Counted from the whole stretch's first letter, positions 32,041-43,289 are shown. The stretch: DNA of 63,382 nt, filler included, from an uncultured bacterium (GCA_964609495.1; 23 parts of 23 records of this genome joined end to end with filler, not necessarily neighbours in it), one strand, 5' to 3'. Notes: generated by a model from the letters alone, not told the origin. Numbers and translations are program-made.

Positions 32041-33480
32041 TCCAGTAGATTTAGTCGCTCTCTCCGCCAACTCCTTTACTTGATCGGTTACTATCGCGAA
32101 CCCTTCTTCATATTCACCAGCTCTTGAGAATCTAATAGCCGCGTTCAAAGCCAGTAGATCGGTTTGATCGGCTATATCATCGATCAATCCCACTACCTCT
32201 CCGATCTCCGCGGTACTCTCTCTTAACCCCTCGATCTTAGAGGATATGGAAGCCACGCTCGCTCTGATATGTCCCATCTCTTGGATAGTTTTTCCCACTG
32301 TCTCTCTTCCTCGCTTAGCAACCTCGGCCATCTCCTGGGCTGCTTGAGCCGAAGTTGATACCTTCTTTACCACTTGACCGATTGTGCCTATCATCTCTTC
32401 TACTGCTTGATCAACATTTATCAATTGGCGCGCCTGCAGGTCCGCATCTTTAGAGGCTTGTTCCGTAGAGATCGCTATCTTATCGGAAACCGCTATCACT
32501 TGAGCGGTGGTATCTCTAACTTTATTTACCAAATCAGTTAGTTCCCTTATCATCAGATTGAGGGAATCGGCAACTATCCCCAAAACATCAGTGGTTACCT
32601 CCGCCTCTTTGGTAAGATCTCCGGTAGCGGCTGAGTTTATTACCTCCAAGAGTCCGGTTATATGTTGTCTTAGCGTCTCCCTCTCCTCCTTAGTCTGAAT
32701 CCCCTTTCTGAGGCGAATAACCGTTCTGTTGAGGATCTCAGCCAGATAACTTATCTCATTATTCCCCTTAACCTCGATCTCTTGATCGATATTTCCCCAA
32801 CTCAGTTCTTCGGCAAATTTTATCAGGCGATTCAAAGGATTGGTGACAAAACCCCCTGTTATAATTAATGTTATGAGGGCTCCGAGAATGGTAACTACCA
32901 CTACTATATAGATAGTGAGAGATCTAAGGGAGAATATCCTCTTTAGGGTAGCTGTCTGATTGAGTCCTATACGGATCAAAGCCTTTCCATTCTTCACCAT
33001 AGGGATCGCTAGATCTAAGACGGGGATATCTTTCCCTCCCATCTGGAGTTTAAACAACTGAGTGTCATATCTCTTCTCTGGTCCAAGAACTAACGGGACT
33101 TTATGTCCTGTCACCAATTCTGGAGGTGGACTTACTTTGAAGGTATGAGCTATTATTTGACCTCCCTGATCGGATACCAAAACATATGTTATGTCCTCAG
33201 GGGAGGAACCCAACAACTGGTTGGCTTTCTCTTTCAAATCGCCCTCGGGAGAGACTGAGATCTCACTGGCAAGAATATTAGCTAGGACAAATCCTTTCTC
33301 CTCTAATTCTTTATCTAAAGCATTTTTAGCCGTATAATTTAGAAGAGCGCCAATAGCCACGCTGATAAGTAGAATCACAATAGTAACTACTAAAGAGATC
33401 TTCCACTTTAAACTTAGCCCCATCATTTCAAAAAGAGCTCCTTTCGCTAGGCTCGTAATAAATTGCGAAGCTTCTTCCAT
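32041..33480 (-). CDS. methyl-accepting chemotaxis protein, PilJ-like (3' truncated)
   Basis: Two TM segments, [39 protein letters not shown]. Confidence 0.9.
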
Positions 33481-33957
33481 TTAAGGAAGGATCTTCTCTA
33501 GATCTATAATAAGAATCGATCTGTTGTCTATCCTATAAACACCCTTGAGATATTCTCCATCCCTTTGTTCGATCTCGGTAACAGGTGCCATTTTATATGT
33601 ATCTAAATCGATAATTCCAAGTATAGAATCTACTAAAAGTCCGATGACAAGATCTTTTATCTGAACGATTAAGATCCGTGAGGCTTTACCTATATTATCG
33701 ACTTTCTGGGGGTTGAATAGACGTTTTAGGCTTATAACTGGAGTGATATCACCCCTCCTATTGATCACCCCTAAGATATGATCGGCTACATTGGGAACAG
33801 GGGTGATCTTAGTAGATCTCATAGCCTCTTTGAATACCTCGACCTCTAAAGCGTATTCCTCATTATCTAGAGTGAAGACACAGTATCTCTTCTCCGATAT
33901 ATCGCTATCGAGAGGAGGATTGCTCTTGACCCCTTGCCTGTCCATAGCTCCACTCAC
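33481..33957 (-). CDS. cheW: CheW-like adaptor
   Basis: FTLDNEEYAL, ITPVPN..ILGVINRRG, GLLVD. Confidence 0.93.
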   Translation of the reverse strand: MSGAMDRQGVKSNPPLDSDISEKRYCVFTLDNEEYALEVEVFKEAMRSTKITPVPNVADHILGVINRRGDITPVISLKRLFNPQKVDNIGKASRILIVQIKDLVIGLLVDSILGIIDLDTYKMAPVTEIEQRDGEYLKGVYRIDNRSILIIDLEKILP

Positions 33958-33992
33958 ATCCTTTTCAAATCGTAAAGCTTGTTTTTAATAGA

Positions 33993-34652
33993 TCACATCG
34001 CTTCTAGAAGATCTATCCCTATGATATTCAAGGCGTTTTTCATAACCTTATTTACACAATCAACTAGGATCAACCTAGCGTTCTTGGTATTCTCATCCTC
34101 CTCGGAGAGAACAGGACAAACCCTGTAGAATCTATTGAAGAGAGTAGATAGTTCATAGGCATAATCCGTAAGGATACGAGGACTCAAATTTTCGATGGCA
34201 CTTTCGATAGCTAAGGAGAAACGAGATAGGCAGATGATAAGATCTCGTGGCTCGCCTTCTTGAAGAGTGGAGAGATCTATCTCCCTTAGAGATGATCTTA
34301 GAGCCGCTAAATCAATCCCTTTCTCCTCACGAGCTTTTCTGAGGAGCGATACCGTCCTTACATACACATATTGGAGATAAGGAGAGGTGTTGCCCTCTAG
34401 ATTGAGCACATCATTGATATCGAAGGTGATCTCCTTGTATGGATCCGATTGGATCATAAAGTATCTTATCGCCCCGATCCCGACTTTCTCGGCGATCTCT
34501 CTCATCTCCTCTTCAGACAGCTCATCTCCTCTCTTCTCCTTGACTCGTCGATAGGCCTCTTCAACAGTCTGATCTATGACATCATCTGCTAGGACGCCAG
34601 TTCCTTTTCTTCCGCTCATCCGTTTGTCTCGGAGGCGGACATGTCCATAGGC
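33993..34652 (-). CDS. argS: arginyl-tRNA synthetase, C-terminal part
   Basis: YGHV..RMSGRKG, GIGAIRY, EGNTSPYLQY, FNRFY..CPVL, ARL.L (DALR domain). Confidence 0.95.
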   Translation of the reverse strand, partial: AYGHVRLRDKRMSGRKGTGVLADDVIDQTVEEAYRRVKEKRGDELSEEEMREIAEKVGIGAIRYFMIQSDPYKEITFDINDVLNLEGNTSPYLQYVYVRTVSLLRKAREEKGIDLAALRSSLREIDLSTLQEGEPRDLIICLSRFSLAIESAIENLSPRILTDYAYELSTLFNRFYRVCPVLSEEDENTKNARLILVDCVNKVMKNALNIIGIDLLEAM

Positions 34653-34814
34653 NNNNNNNNNNNNNNNNNNNNNNNNNNNNNNNNNNNNNNNNNNNNTTAA
34701 TTAATTAANNNNNNNNNNNNNNNNNNNNNNNNNNNNNNNNNNNNNNNNNNNNTAGGAAAGAAGCGAAGATGAGAAGAGATGAGGAGTAAGAAATTATTTC
34801 GGAGGTGAATCAAA

Positions 34815-35869
34815 TTGTTGAAAAAATATGTGTTAGTTTTGCTGTTAGTAACCGTTCTCATCTTAGCTTTCGGTTGTGAGAAGATCGAGGAAGCTCGAGG
34901 GACTGTTTCTGGGATAGTGGTCAGTTCAGTAGGTGGACCTCCGGTAGGTGGAGCTAAGATAACCATAGGGGGAACTACTACTACCACTAACAACAGTGGG
35001 TATTACTCACTTAAAGCTCCTATCGGGATCCACGATCTAATTGTTGCTACGGGTGTGAGTCAGAGGGGAGTAAAGAGGGCTGTAAGCAAGGTTCAATCCG
35101 TCACGGTTCAGCGGGGTAAGAATTTGGAGATCAACGTGGTGCAACTTCCGGCTCTAGATCCGAACGCGATTCCTGAAGCTCCTACCATAACTGTAGAAGG
35201 ATTGGCAGAGGGAGATACAGTTTCGGGGATAATAAGCCTCCTGGTAAAGATTAGCTCGCCTAATCGGATGGGTAAGGTAATGTTCTATCTGAATGAGCGA
35301 ACTGTGGCTGCGCCCACTCTCTCTGAGCGCAACGAGGTAGGTTTTCAATGGGACACGAGAAGTGAGGTTAATGGATCATTCAAATTTACAATGGTCGCCT
35401 TTGATCTAAACAATAACCGCAGTGAATTAACCCTGGATATAAACGTCGATAATCCTGTTTATGGAGCTAAACCAGCTACCCCAGCGGAATTCGCCAGCGT
35501 AGGGGTAACTATGGGACTCGAGCTGATGTGGAGTGGTGGAAAGTCTAAGAAGGACCTTGAGGTAATTAAACCGGAGGATGATGGGGAAGGCTTAGCGGCT
35601 CCTGAGGGATCTACCCTCTACGTCGAACTTGGTTGGAGTAGAGTGGAAGGGGCTCTTGGATATAGGATATATCGAAGCTTCTCCGCCGATGGTCCCTTCA
35701 AGTTGATCGCTGATACGCAAGGTTTTATGAGGATGATCCCTATGGCTCCAGGGGAGCTAGGCTTCTACGATACGGATCCCAGCTTGGAGGTGGGCAAGAC
35801 CACCTACTATCAGATCTCGGCTTATAATACTGCTGGAGAGAGTGGGAGATCGGAGACGGTGAGTACCAC
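34815..35869 (+). CDS. lipoprotein with carboxypeptidase-regulatory-like, Ig-like and FN3 domains (runs into scaffold gap)
   Basis: Lipobox AFGC, GTVSG.V..PVGGAKI, WDT..NG, GYRIYRS..YYQISAYN.AGES. Confidence 0.8.
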
Positions 35870-36012
35870 NNNNNNNNNNNNNNNNNNNNNNNNNNNNNNN
35901 NNNNNNNNNNNNNNNNNNNNNNNNNNNNNNNNNNNNNNNNNNNNNNNNNNNNNNNNNNNNNNNNNNNNNTAACAATCTGATTACGAGTTATTCTTTTCAA
36001 GGAGGGATATAT

Positions 36013-37331
36013 ATGAAGGCAAGAGGAATACTTGCCATAACTATGTTGGCTACGATCTTAATAGCTCTCTCCCTGGGTGGTTGCTCTAAACACGATTTTG
36101 TGGGAGGAGAGGGAGAGATTCCCAAACTACCCTCGACGGTGATCCCACCTATAATCTCGTCAGGGGAGGTCGAATTTGTTGAGAATGAGATATTGATTAA
36201 GGTTACCTCGGACTCCGATCTAGAGGAGATAGTAGAATCCATCGGAGGAGAGATCATCGAGGAGATACCCCAACTGGGAGTAGTTAGGGTCAGATTATCA
36301 GCTTCTCTATCAGCTTTTCAGGCGCTTAACAAATTAGAAGATATGCCTGGGATTGAATACGCTGAATACAACTATCTCCGATATTTACACGTTGTTCCTA
36401 ATGATCCTCTATACACACCTGGGCAGTGGGGACCTAAGATAATCGACTCTGAGAAGGCTTGGGATATTACTACTGGCTCGGAGGATGTGATCATCGCGGT
36501 TATAGACACTGGAGTAGATGGGACCCATCCCGATCTTTACGGAAAGGTTCTGGATGGCTATGATACCGTGAATGAGATCCCCATTCCCGCTAATACCAAT
36601 AGCGATTGGTATGGGCATGGCACGCATGTCTCTGGTATAGCGGCAGGATGGGGTAATGACAACATCGGGATAGCTGGAACAGCTTGGAGATGCCGCATAA
36701 TGCCGGTCAAGGTCTTCGTTGAACAGCAGAATGATGAGGATCCTCTTCCACCTGTACCGATGAAAGATAGAGCTACGGATTTGGACATAGCTGAGGCGAT
36801 AGTATACGCCGTCGATCACGGGGCCTCAGTGATAAATATGAGCTTGGGTGGACCCGGCTATAGCCAGGCGTTGAAGGACGCGGTAGATTACGCTCTCAGC
36901 AATAACGTCGTCGTGGCAGCTTCTATGGGGAACAGCGCGAAACGAATATATGGATATCCGGCTGGCTATCAAGGCGTCATCGGGGTGGGAGCTACTGACG
37001 CTAATGATGAGCTAGCTTCCTTCTCCAGCAGGGGACATTATGCTTCTGTAGCTGCTCCTGGTTATAGGATCCTCTCCGCTCTCCCTTTGATCATAGAAGG
37101 GATAGCTCCAGGTAATGCAACGACAGGTTATGCTTCCTGGAGCGGGACTTCCATGTCGTGCCCCTTTGTTGCTGGTGCGGCTGCTCTGATTCTCTCCCTT
37201 CATCCCGAATTCACTCCTGACCAGGTCAAGGCTCAATTGGAGAAGACTGCGGTCGATCTTGGTCCCACAGGATTTGACGAGGGATTCGGTTATGGGAGGA
37301 TCGATCTAGCTGCGGCTTTAGCCGATCTAGT
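36013..37331 (+). CDS. S8 subtilisin-like serine protease lipoprotein (3' truncated)
   Basis: Lipobox LGGC, catalytic triad motifs VIDTG, HGTHVSG, GTSMSCP. Confidence 0.96.
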
Positions 37332-37431
37332 NNNNNNNNNNNNNNNNNNNNNNNNNNNNNNNNNNNNNNNNNNNNTTAATTAATTAANNNNNNNNNNNNN
37401 NNNNNNNNNNNNNNNNNNNNNNNNNNNNNNN

Positions 37432-38033
37432 TGCCATTGGGGATAAGCTCTCTGGTGAATGTAGCTTCCGCAGGGGGGATGAGCGACCTCAAGGTGATGG
37501 CTACGATGACTCACGGAGATTATTTCCTCTCAACGAAAATTTTGATCAGACATTTATACGTATATATATTTATAGTAGCTTATACTCTCATCGCCTCTCG
37601 TTGCTATCACTATTACCGAGGAAAGGGGGGAAATTTCTCGATACTGAGTCGCTACAGTTTCATCATCCTGCTTCTATACTTCGCCATTGGATACTTTCAT
37701 CCTCATTATCCGATATGGTTGACTCCCTTTCTAGCTTTAGAGATAGATCGGGATAGAGATTTTATCGGATTGCATATACTTCAACTGCTATGTCTCGTCG
37801 TCTATAGCTTCTATTTAGGAGATACAAATTGGCATCTCTTCTCTCCGATCGATCCGGAGTTTATCTATAACTTGCCCAATCCTACCGCGGCTATCTCTCT
37901 CCTATATCCCTGGACGAAGTTTCTAAGCATCTTTCGGAGCATCTTCTCCGGAATATGCTTCTGGATGATCTATAAGCTCTTCACTATTTTACCCGCTAAT
38001 TCGGAATTAGAACCGATATCGGAACCAGCCTGA
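37432..38033 (+). CDS. membrane protein, C-terminal part of probable GT87/DUF2029-like glycosyltransferase
   Basis: Multiple TM segments with FHPHYPIWLTPF motif. Confidence 0.55.
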
Positions 38034-38104
38034 GTATCTCAGAACTTCTTTCCCGATTTGGAAATACTCAGAGTTTAATCTAATAAAAAAGGAGGAAGTA
38101 AAAA

Positions 38105-39649
38105 ATGCTCAAGAAAAGTTTGTTTTTAATATTAATCGTATCACTCATCGTTATCCTCGCTACCAATTGTGAACAGAACGGAGAACCCTCTCCATCTCCT
38201 AAACCACCGAACGCTGTAGCTAAGGCAAATCCCACTAATGGCCAGGCTCCCCTTGCCGTGCAATTTAAGGGATCGGACTCAACTGATCCTGATGGAACTA
38301 TAGTCTCCTATGCTTGGACTTTTGGTGATGGGGGAACTAGTAATGTCGCAGATCCAGCTCATACCTATAACACCGCTGGGACCTATAATGCTAAGCTGAC
38401 AGTTACCGATAACGATGGCAAGACGGATGATGACACAGTAACGGTCACCGTAACCGCGAACGGTGGCGGTCAACCTCCTAACGCAGTAGCTACCGCTGAT
38501 GTAACAAGTGGCCCAGCGCCCCTTACAGTCCATTTCACGGGATCAGGCTCAACTGATCCTGATGGAACTATAGTCTCCTATGCTTGGACTTTTAACGATG
38601 GTGGAACTAGCAATATCGCAGATCCAACTCATACTTACAACACCGCGGGAAATTACACCGCCACCTTAACGGTAACCGATAACGATGGACTCCAGGACAC
38701 GGCTACCATACCTATCACGGTAACTGCCGCTCCAGCTAGAGAAGCGGCCGTGTGGGTAGTGGTAGGACAGCCTGGCTCTGGCTATCTACTCAAGTATTCC
38801 ATCGATGGCAATACGAAGCTAAAGGAGGTCGGAGGTCTTAACAATCCTTATGATGTGGATGTCGATCTGAGCGATGGATCGGTCTGGGTATCCGAATCGA
38901 CAGAGGGAGGCAGTGGTGGTAATAGTATCTCGAAGTATTCCGTCGATGGAACTAAGCTATTCACGAAAACTCCGGGATTTAACAGTGCTTGGGGAGTGGC
39001 AGTAGACTCCTCAGACGGCTCCTGCTGGGTAGCCGATCATAGGAACTATAAGGTATGGAAATTCGACAAGAATGGAAATACCCTAAAGCAAGTAGGAGGC
39101 TTCAGCTTCCCGCGTATGCTCGATGTAAATCCCAGCGATGGCTCGGTTTGGGTAGCTGAGTTTAACGGCAAGAAAGCCACTAAACTAGATAAAAATGGGA
39201 ATATAGTAACCAGCGTCACTGGCTTCACTTATTATGCCGAGGGTATCAATATTAATCCCAACAACGGTCGAGTTTGGGTTGCAGCTAGGGATGTAGGTGG
39301 AGGACAAGTCGCCACCTTCGGTCCAAATGGAGGAGGAGTTAATTTCATCGGTGGCTTCAAACCTCGAGGAGTCGGAGCCGATCCGGGAGATGATACAGCC
39401 TGGGTTGCGGATTATTTCAACCATCGAGTGGTAAAGATCGACGCTACTGGAACTCAACTTCATACCTTGGGCGCCCTCAATACCCCTTACGAGGTGGCGG
39501 TTAATCCCGATGATAGAACCGCCTGGATCTCAGACGTAGATGGGAAATTTATGGTTAAAGTATCCTCCACTTGCGCTAATTTAAAGCAAGTCAACCTAGC
39601 TAGCTATGGCTGGCCTCAAGGGATAGCAGTCGATCCCGGACATCCTTAG
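38105..39649 (+). CDS. secreted/lipoprotein with two PKD domains and an NHL-type beta-propeller
   Basis: Signal ending LATNC; two SSTDPDGTIVSYAWTF.DG-type repeats 270 bp apart; repeated P..V.V..SDGSVWVA blades. Confidence 0.9.
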   Translation: MLKKSLFLILIVSLIVILATNCEQNGEPSPSPKPPNAVAKANPTNGQAPLAVQFKGSDSTDPDGTIVSYAWTFGDGGTSNVADPAHTYNTAGTYNAKLTVTDNDGKTDDDTVTVTVTANGGGQPPNAVATADVTSGPAPLTVHFTGSGSTDPDGTIVSYAWTFNDGGTSNIADPTHTYNTAGNYTATLTVTDNDGLQDTATIPITVTAAPAREAAVWVVVGQPGSGYLLKYSIDGNTKLKEVGGLNNPYDVDVDLSDGSVWVSESTEGGSGGNSISKYSVDGTKLFTKTPGFNSAWGVAVDSSDGSCWVADHRNYKVWKFDKNGNTLKQVGGFSFPRMLDVNPSDGSVWVAEFNGKKATKLDKNGNIVTSVTGFTYYAEGININPNNGRVWVAARDVGGGQVATFGPNGGGVNFIGGFKPRGVGADPGDDTAWVADYFNHRVVKIDATGTQLHTLGALNTPYEVAVNPDDRTAWISDVDGKFMVKVSSTCANLKQVNLASYGWPQGIAVDPGHP

Positions 39650-39666
39650 AATTTTTCGACCTAATT

Positions 39667-39775
39667 CCCCCTCACCCTAGCCCTCTCCCACGAGGGGAGA
39701 GGGAACATAATTAAGCCCCTCTCTTGATGAGATTAGTTTCCCCCTCCCTTGATGGGAGGGGTTAGGGGAGGGTGA
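39667..39775 (+). repeat. REP-like doublet (type A + type B)
   Basis: Type A 39667-39706 and CCCCCTCCCTTGATGGGAGGGGTTAGGGGAGGGTGA 39740-39775. Confidence 0.9.
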
Positions 39776-39809
39776 TTCAAATAATCCACTTTGGAACTAC
39801 TTAATAAAT

Positions 39810-40003
39810 ATGAAAAGAGATCGAGCAAGACGCCTGAAGTTGTATAAATGGCTATTAATAGGATTGATAATAAGATTCCTGTTCATGCCCTTCACCGTCC
39901 ATGATGACCTGGTAGCCGCTTACTGGAGATCCCACTTCCTCGCTAATCACGGCGTCCTTAACCTAAATGCCTATCTCACTCGATATGGAATCTCTCTAGG
40001 GCA
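39810..40003 (+). CDS. membrane protein N-terminus, probable GT-C/GT87-like glycosyltransferase
   Basis: LLIGLIIRFLFMPFTVHDDL: TM segment followed by an acidic pair, typical of GT-C enzymes. Confidence 0.55.
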
Positions 40004-40103
40004 NNNNNNNNNNNNNNNNNNNNNNNNNNNNNNNNNNNNNNNNNNNNTTAATTAATTAANNNNNNNNNNNNNNNNNNNNNNNNNNNNNNNNNNNNNNNNN
40101 NNN

Positions 40104-40162
40104 TCTTCACTAATCCCAGGGATAAGCGAACCGAGGATTATATAACTGGCAGATTCGGATAG
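40104..40162 (+). CDS. pstB: phosphate ABC transporter ATPase PstB, last 18 codons
   Basis: FTNPRDKRTEDYITGRFG* is the conserved PstB C-terminus. Confidence 0.9.
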
Positions 40163-40181
40163 TAGGTTAAAGGGGGAACTG

Positions 40182-41648
40182 GTGTCCACTAAAGGAAAAT
40201 TAATACTTTTATTATCGGGGCTACTAGGCGCTCTTCCTCTTTTGATATATTTACTCGAGGTAGAGATGAGGGGGAGAGGTTTCCCCTTTATATTTATATT
40301 CCTAGTTGGCTACTCTATAACCGTGATATACAGCCTCAAACTCTTTCTCGATATGAGATTGGTCCTAAAAGATATCAAGGAGAGGATAGAAGAGATAAGC
40401 CAGGGCAATTTTCAAGACGAACTTCCGTTAAGAAGAGGAGAATTTGAGGAATTAACCCTGGCTATCGACTCCCTATCATCGAAGTTAAAGGAGATGACTG
40501 AAAGCGCTCTCGATGAGAGGGAGAGAATGAAGATAATCTTGGAAAGCATGACCGAGGGGGTCCTGATAGTTGACGAGGAGGAGAAGATCGTCCTATTTAA
40601 TGCGGCTGTAAAGAGGATGTTCGATCTCAAAGTGGATAATAGTCTGGGTAAATATATATTAGAAGTGATCAGAAGTGTTGATTTAAGAGAGATATTATCA
40701 GAAGTTATATCTTATGGGGAGGGTAGAAGTAAAGAGATAAATTTATATTACCCTTCCAAGCGAATCTTACTTGTTCGAGTGACTCCTCTTACTAAAGAGG
40801 AGATTTCTGATCTAAGAGGGGAAAAATCCCCCGAAGATAAGAGAGAACTGACTAGGCGATCGTTAGGAGCTATAGCTATATTTCATGATATAACGGAGTT
40901 GCATCAGATAGATGAAATGCGCCACGACTTCGTAGCCAATGTCTCCCATGAACTGCGCACCCCTCTGGCCTCTTTAAAGCTTATGGTGGAGACTCTATTG
41001 GACGGGGCTTTAGAAGATCAGGAGGCAAGTAAGGATTTTTTGGAGAAGATCTACTTGGAGACAGATCGCCTAGCGCGGTTGGTGAGCGATCTATTAGATC
41101 TATCGAAGATAGACTCTGGCAGATTGAAATTGAACTATAGACAGGTATCCTTAGCTGATCTGGTTGATTTAGTTATAACCAAATTAGAGATGAACATTCA
41201 TCTAGCTGGATTAGAGGTGGAGGTCGATATTCCCGAAAATCTGACTTTATATGCCGATGAAGACAAACTCTCCCAGATTATGATTAACCTTCTTGATAAC
41301 GCGATTAGATTCACTCCTAGAGAGGGATCAATAAGGGTTGAGGCTTCTCAGAAAGATAAGGAGGTTACGATATCTGTGAGTGATACGGGAATAGGTATCC
41401 CCAAAGAGGCTATCCCTCGTATATTCGAGAGGTTTTACAGGGTCGATAGGGCTCGCTCTCGAGAATCGGGAGGAACAGGGTTAGGACTATCTATAGTTAA
41501 GAATCTCGTTAAAGCCCATAAAGGTCGTATCGAAGTGGAAAGCGAGGAGGGGCAAGGCACCAAATTTATCATAATCCTTCCGAATGAGGCATCAGGGGAT
41601 GATAGATTAAAAGGAGAGACCTATGTCAAGACGAGTGCTGATAGTTGA
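40182..41648 (+). CDS. phoR: phosphate regulon sensor kinase (TM-HAMP-PAS-HisKA-HATPase)
   Basis: FVANVSHELRTPL, FERFYRVDRARSRESGGTGLGL; directly downstream of pstB. Confidence 0.88.
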   Translation: MSTKGKLILLLSGLLGALPLLIYLLEVEMRGRGFPFIFIFLVGYSITVIYSLKLFLDMRLVLKDIKERIEEISQGNFQDELPLRRGEFEELTLAIDSLSSKLKEMTESALDERERMKIILESMTEGVLIVDEEEKIVLFNAAVKRMFDLKVDNSLGKYILEVIRSVDLREILSEVISYGEGRSKEINLYYPSKRILLVRVTPLTKEEISDLRGEKSPEDKRELTRRSLGAIAIFHDITELHQIDEMRHDFVANVSHELRTPLASLKLMVETLLDGALEDQEASKDFLEKIYLETDRLARLVSDLLDLSKIDSGRLKLNYRQVSLADLVDLVITKLEMNIHLAGLEVEVDIPENLTLYADEDKLSQIMINLLDNAIRFTPREGSIRVEASQKDKEVTISVSDTGIGIPKEAIPRIFERFYRVDRARSRESGGTGLGLSIVKNLVKAHKGRIEVESEEGQGTKFIIILPNEASGDDRLKGETYVKTSADS

Positions 41649-42327
41649 TGATGAGAAAAATATGGTGGATACTTTAGTATATAATTTGAGAAAGGATGGC
41701 TATGAGATAAGCGTCGCTTATGATGGAGAGGAGGCTTTGGAGGTAGCAGAGTGTGATAAACCAGATCTCATCATCTTAGACCTGATGTTGCCAGTTATAG
41801 ATGGCTTCGAGGTATGTAGAATTATCAGAAGAAAATCTGATATCCCTATCATTATGCTAACTGCTAAAGAGGAGGAAGTTGATAAAGTAGTGGGGTTGGA
41901 ATTAGGAGCGGATGATTATATAACTAAACCTTTCAGCTTGAGAGAATTACGAGCTAGGATAAAGGCGGTTCTTCGCCGTTATGACGCTCAGATAGGAGTT
42001 GAGCCTTCTCAAAATAATAGTTGGACGATAGGAGAACTGGTCGTTGATTCGACGAGCCATCAGGTTACCTCAGGGGGCGAAGTTGTAGATCTTTCCCCCA
42101 AGGAGTATGATCTATTGGAGATATTGATAAAGAATGCTGGCCAGGTATTGAGCAGGGAGCTATTGATAGATAGGATCTGGGGAGCTGATTATTTTGGAGA
42201 TGAGCAGACGCTTAATGTTCATATAAGAAAACTCCGTCAGAAGATAGGTGATGATTTCAGGGAGACTTCTTATATTCAAACGGTTCGAGGAGTGGGATAT
42301 AGATTCTGGGATGGAGAGCAAGATTAG
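41623..42327 (+). CDS. phoB: OmpR-family response regulator, PhoB/PhoP
   Basis: REC plus winged helix (GADDYITKPFS, TVRGVGYRF); pstB-phoR context. Confidence 0.82.
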   Translation: MSRRVLIVDDEKNMVDTLVYNLRKDGYEISVAYDGEEALEVAECDKPDLIILDLMLPVIDGFEVCRIIRRKSDIPIIMLTAKEEEVDKVVGLELGADDYITKPFSLRELRARIKAVLRRYDAQIGVEPSQNNSWTIGELVVDSTSHQVTSGGEVVDLSPKEYDLLEILIKNAGQVLSRELLIDRIWGADYFGDEQTLNVHIRKLRQKIGDDFRETSYIQTVRGVGYRFWDGEQD

Positions 42328-42440
42328 GGCATCTGATCTAGGCGAACTCTCCTAATCCTCTGGATTCAGAAACTAATAGGAAGCTGGAGAGCTTAGATAA
42401 CGACTCTCTTAGAATACTCTCCATCTTCCTGAAATAATCC

Positions 42441-42650
42441 TTACTTAACTATCGCCATCTTCTCAAGAGCTTCTACCTTTCTCTCCTCATCTCTGGCTTC
42501 TAGCTTGTAGATATATACCCCATTGTCTATTAACTCTCCTCTCTCATCCGATCCGTCCCACTCGTATTCGTTGTATCCAGCTTCTCCCGGTAAATCCTCT
42601 ATCTTCCTCACTAATTCCCCGGCTACGGTGTAGAGCTTCAAGGTTACTCT
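42441..42650 (-). CDS. C-terminal FlgD Ig-like domain of a surface protein (5' truncated)
   Basis: VTLKLYTVAGELVR..WDGSDERGELIDNGVYIYKL..KMAIVK*. Confidence 0.8.
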   Translation of the reverse strand, partial: RVTLKLYTVAGELVRKIEDLPGEAGYNEYEWDGSDERGELIDNGVYIYKLEARDEERKVEALEKMAIVK

Positions 42651-42750
42651 NNNNNNNNNNNNNNNNNNNNNNNNNNNNNNNNNNNNNNNNNNNNTTAATT
42701 AATTAANNNNNNNNNNNNNNNNNNNNNNNNNNNNNNNNNNNNNNNNNNNN

Positions 42751-43289
42751 CCTTGGATCTTGTAAATTTCAATTCTGCCGCTAAGGCTGCTTCTGTTTGG
42801 ACTGATGAACAGCTTCTCCAGAGCAATAAGGACTTTCTCGCTAATCTCAAGCCTAAGATAGATTTTGGCGATTTCATCATTGTTCATGGCAGCCCCCGTG
42901 ATCCGATCTGGGAGTATATCTATTATCCTCTAGTAGCTAATATAAATTTTAGCTTCTTCAATAATTCTATCTGCTTCATTGGCCATACCCATTTAGCCGA
43001 ATCGTATGCGAGGTTTATCAATGAGGAAAAGCTTGAATACACCTCGTTTTATGAGAGGGATGGCGGTCGTCTTAAACTAGATATTGAGAACAAGAGATAT
43101 ATATTGAACTCAGGAAGCGTTGGTCAACCTAGAGATGGCAATAGCAAAGCAAGTTTTGGTATATATGATACGGAGGAGATGTATTGGGAAGTGAGAAAAT
43201 TAACCTATCCTATTGAAAAGACTCAGAAGAAGATGAAATCAGCCGATCTACCGCCTATTCTATATGAGAGGTTGGCAGTAGGAAGATGA
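42751..43289 (+). CDS. calcineurin-like metallophosphoesterase, C-terminal part
   Basis: VHGSPRDP.WEY, FIGHTH, NSGSVGQPRDG. Confidence 0.92.
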
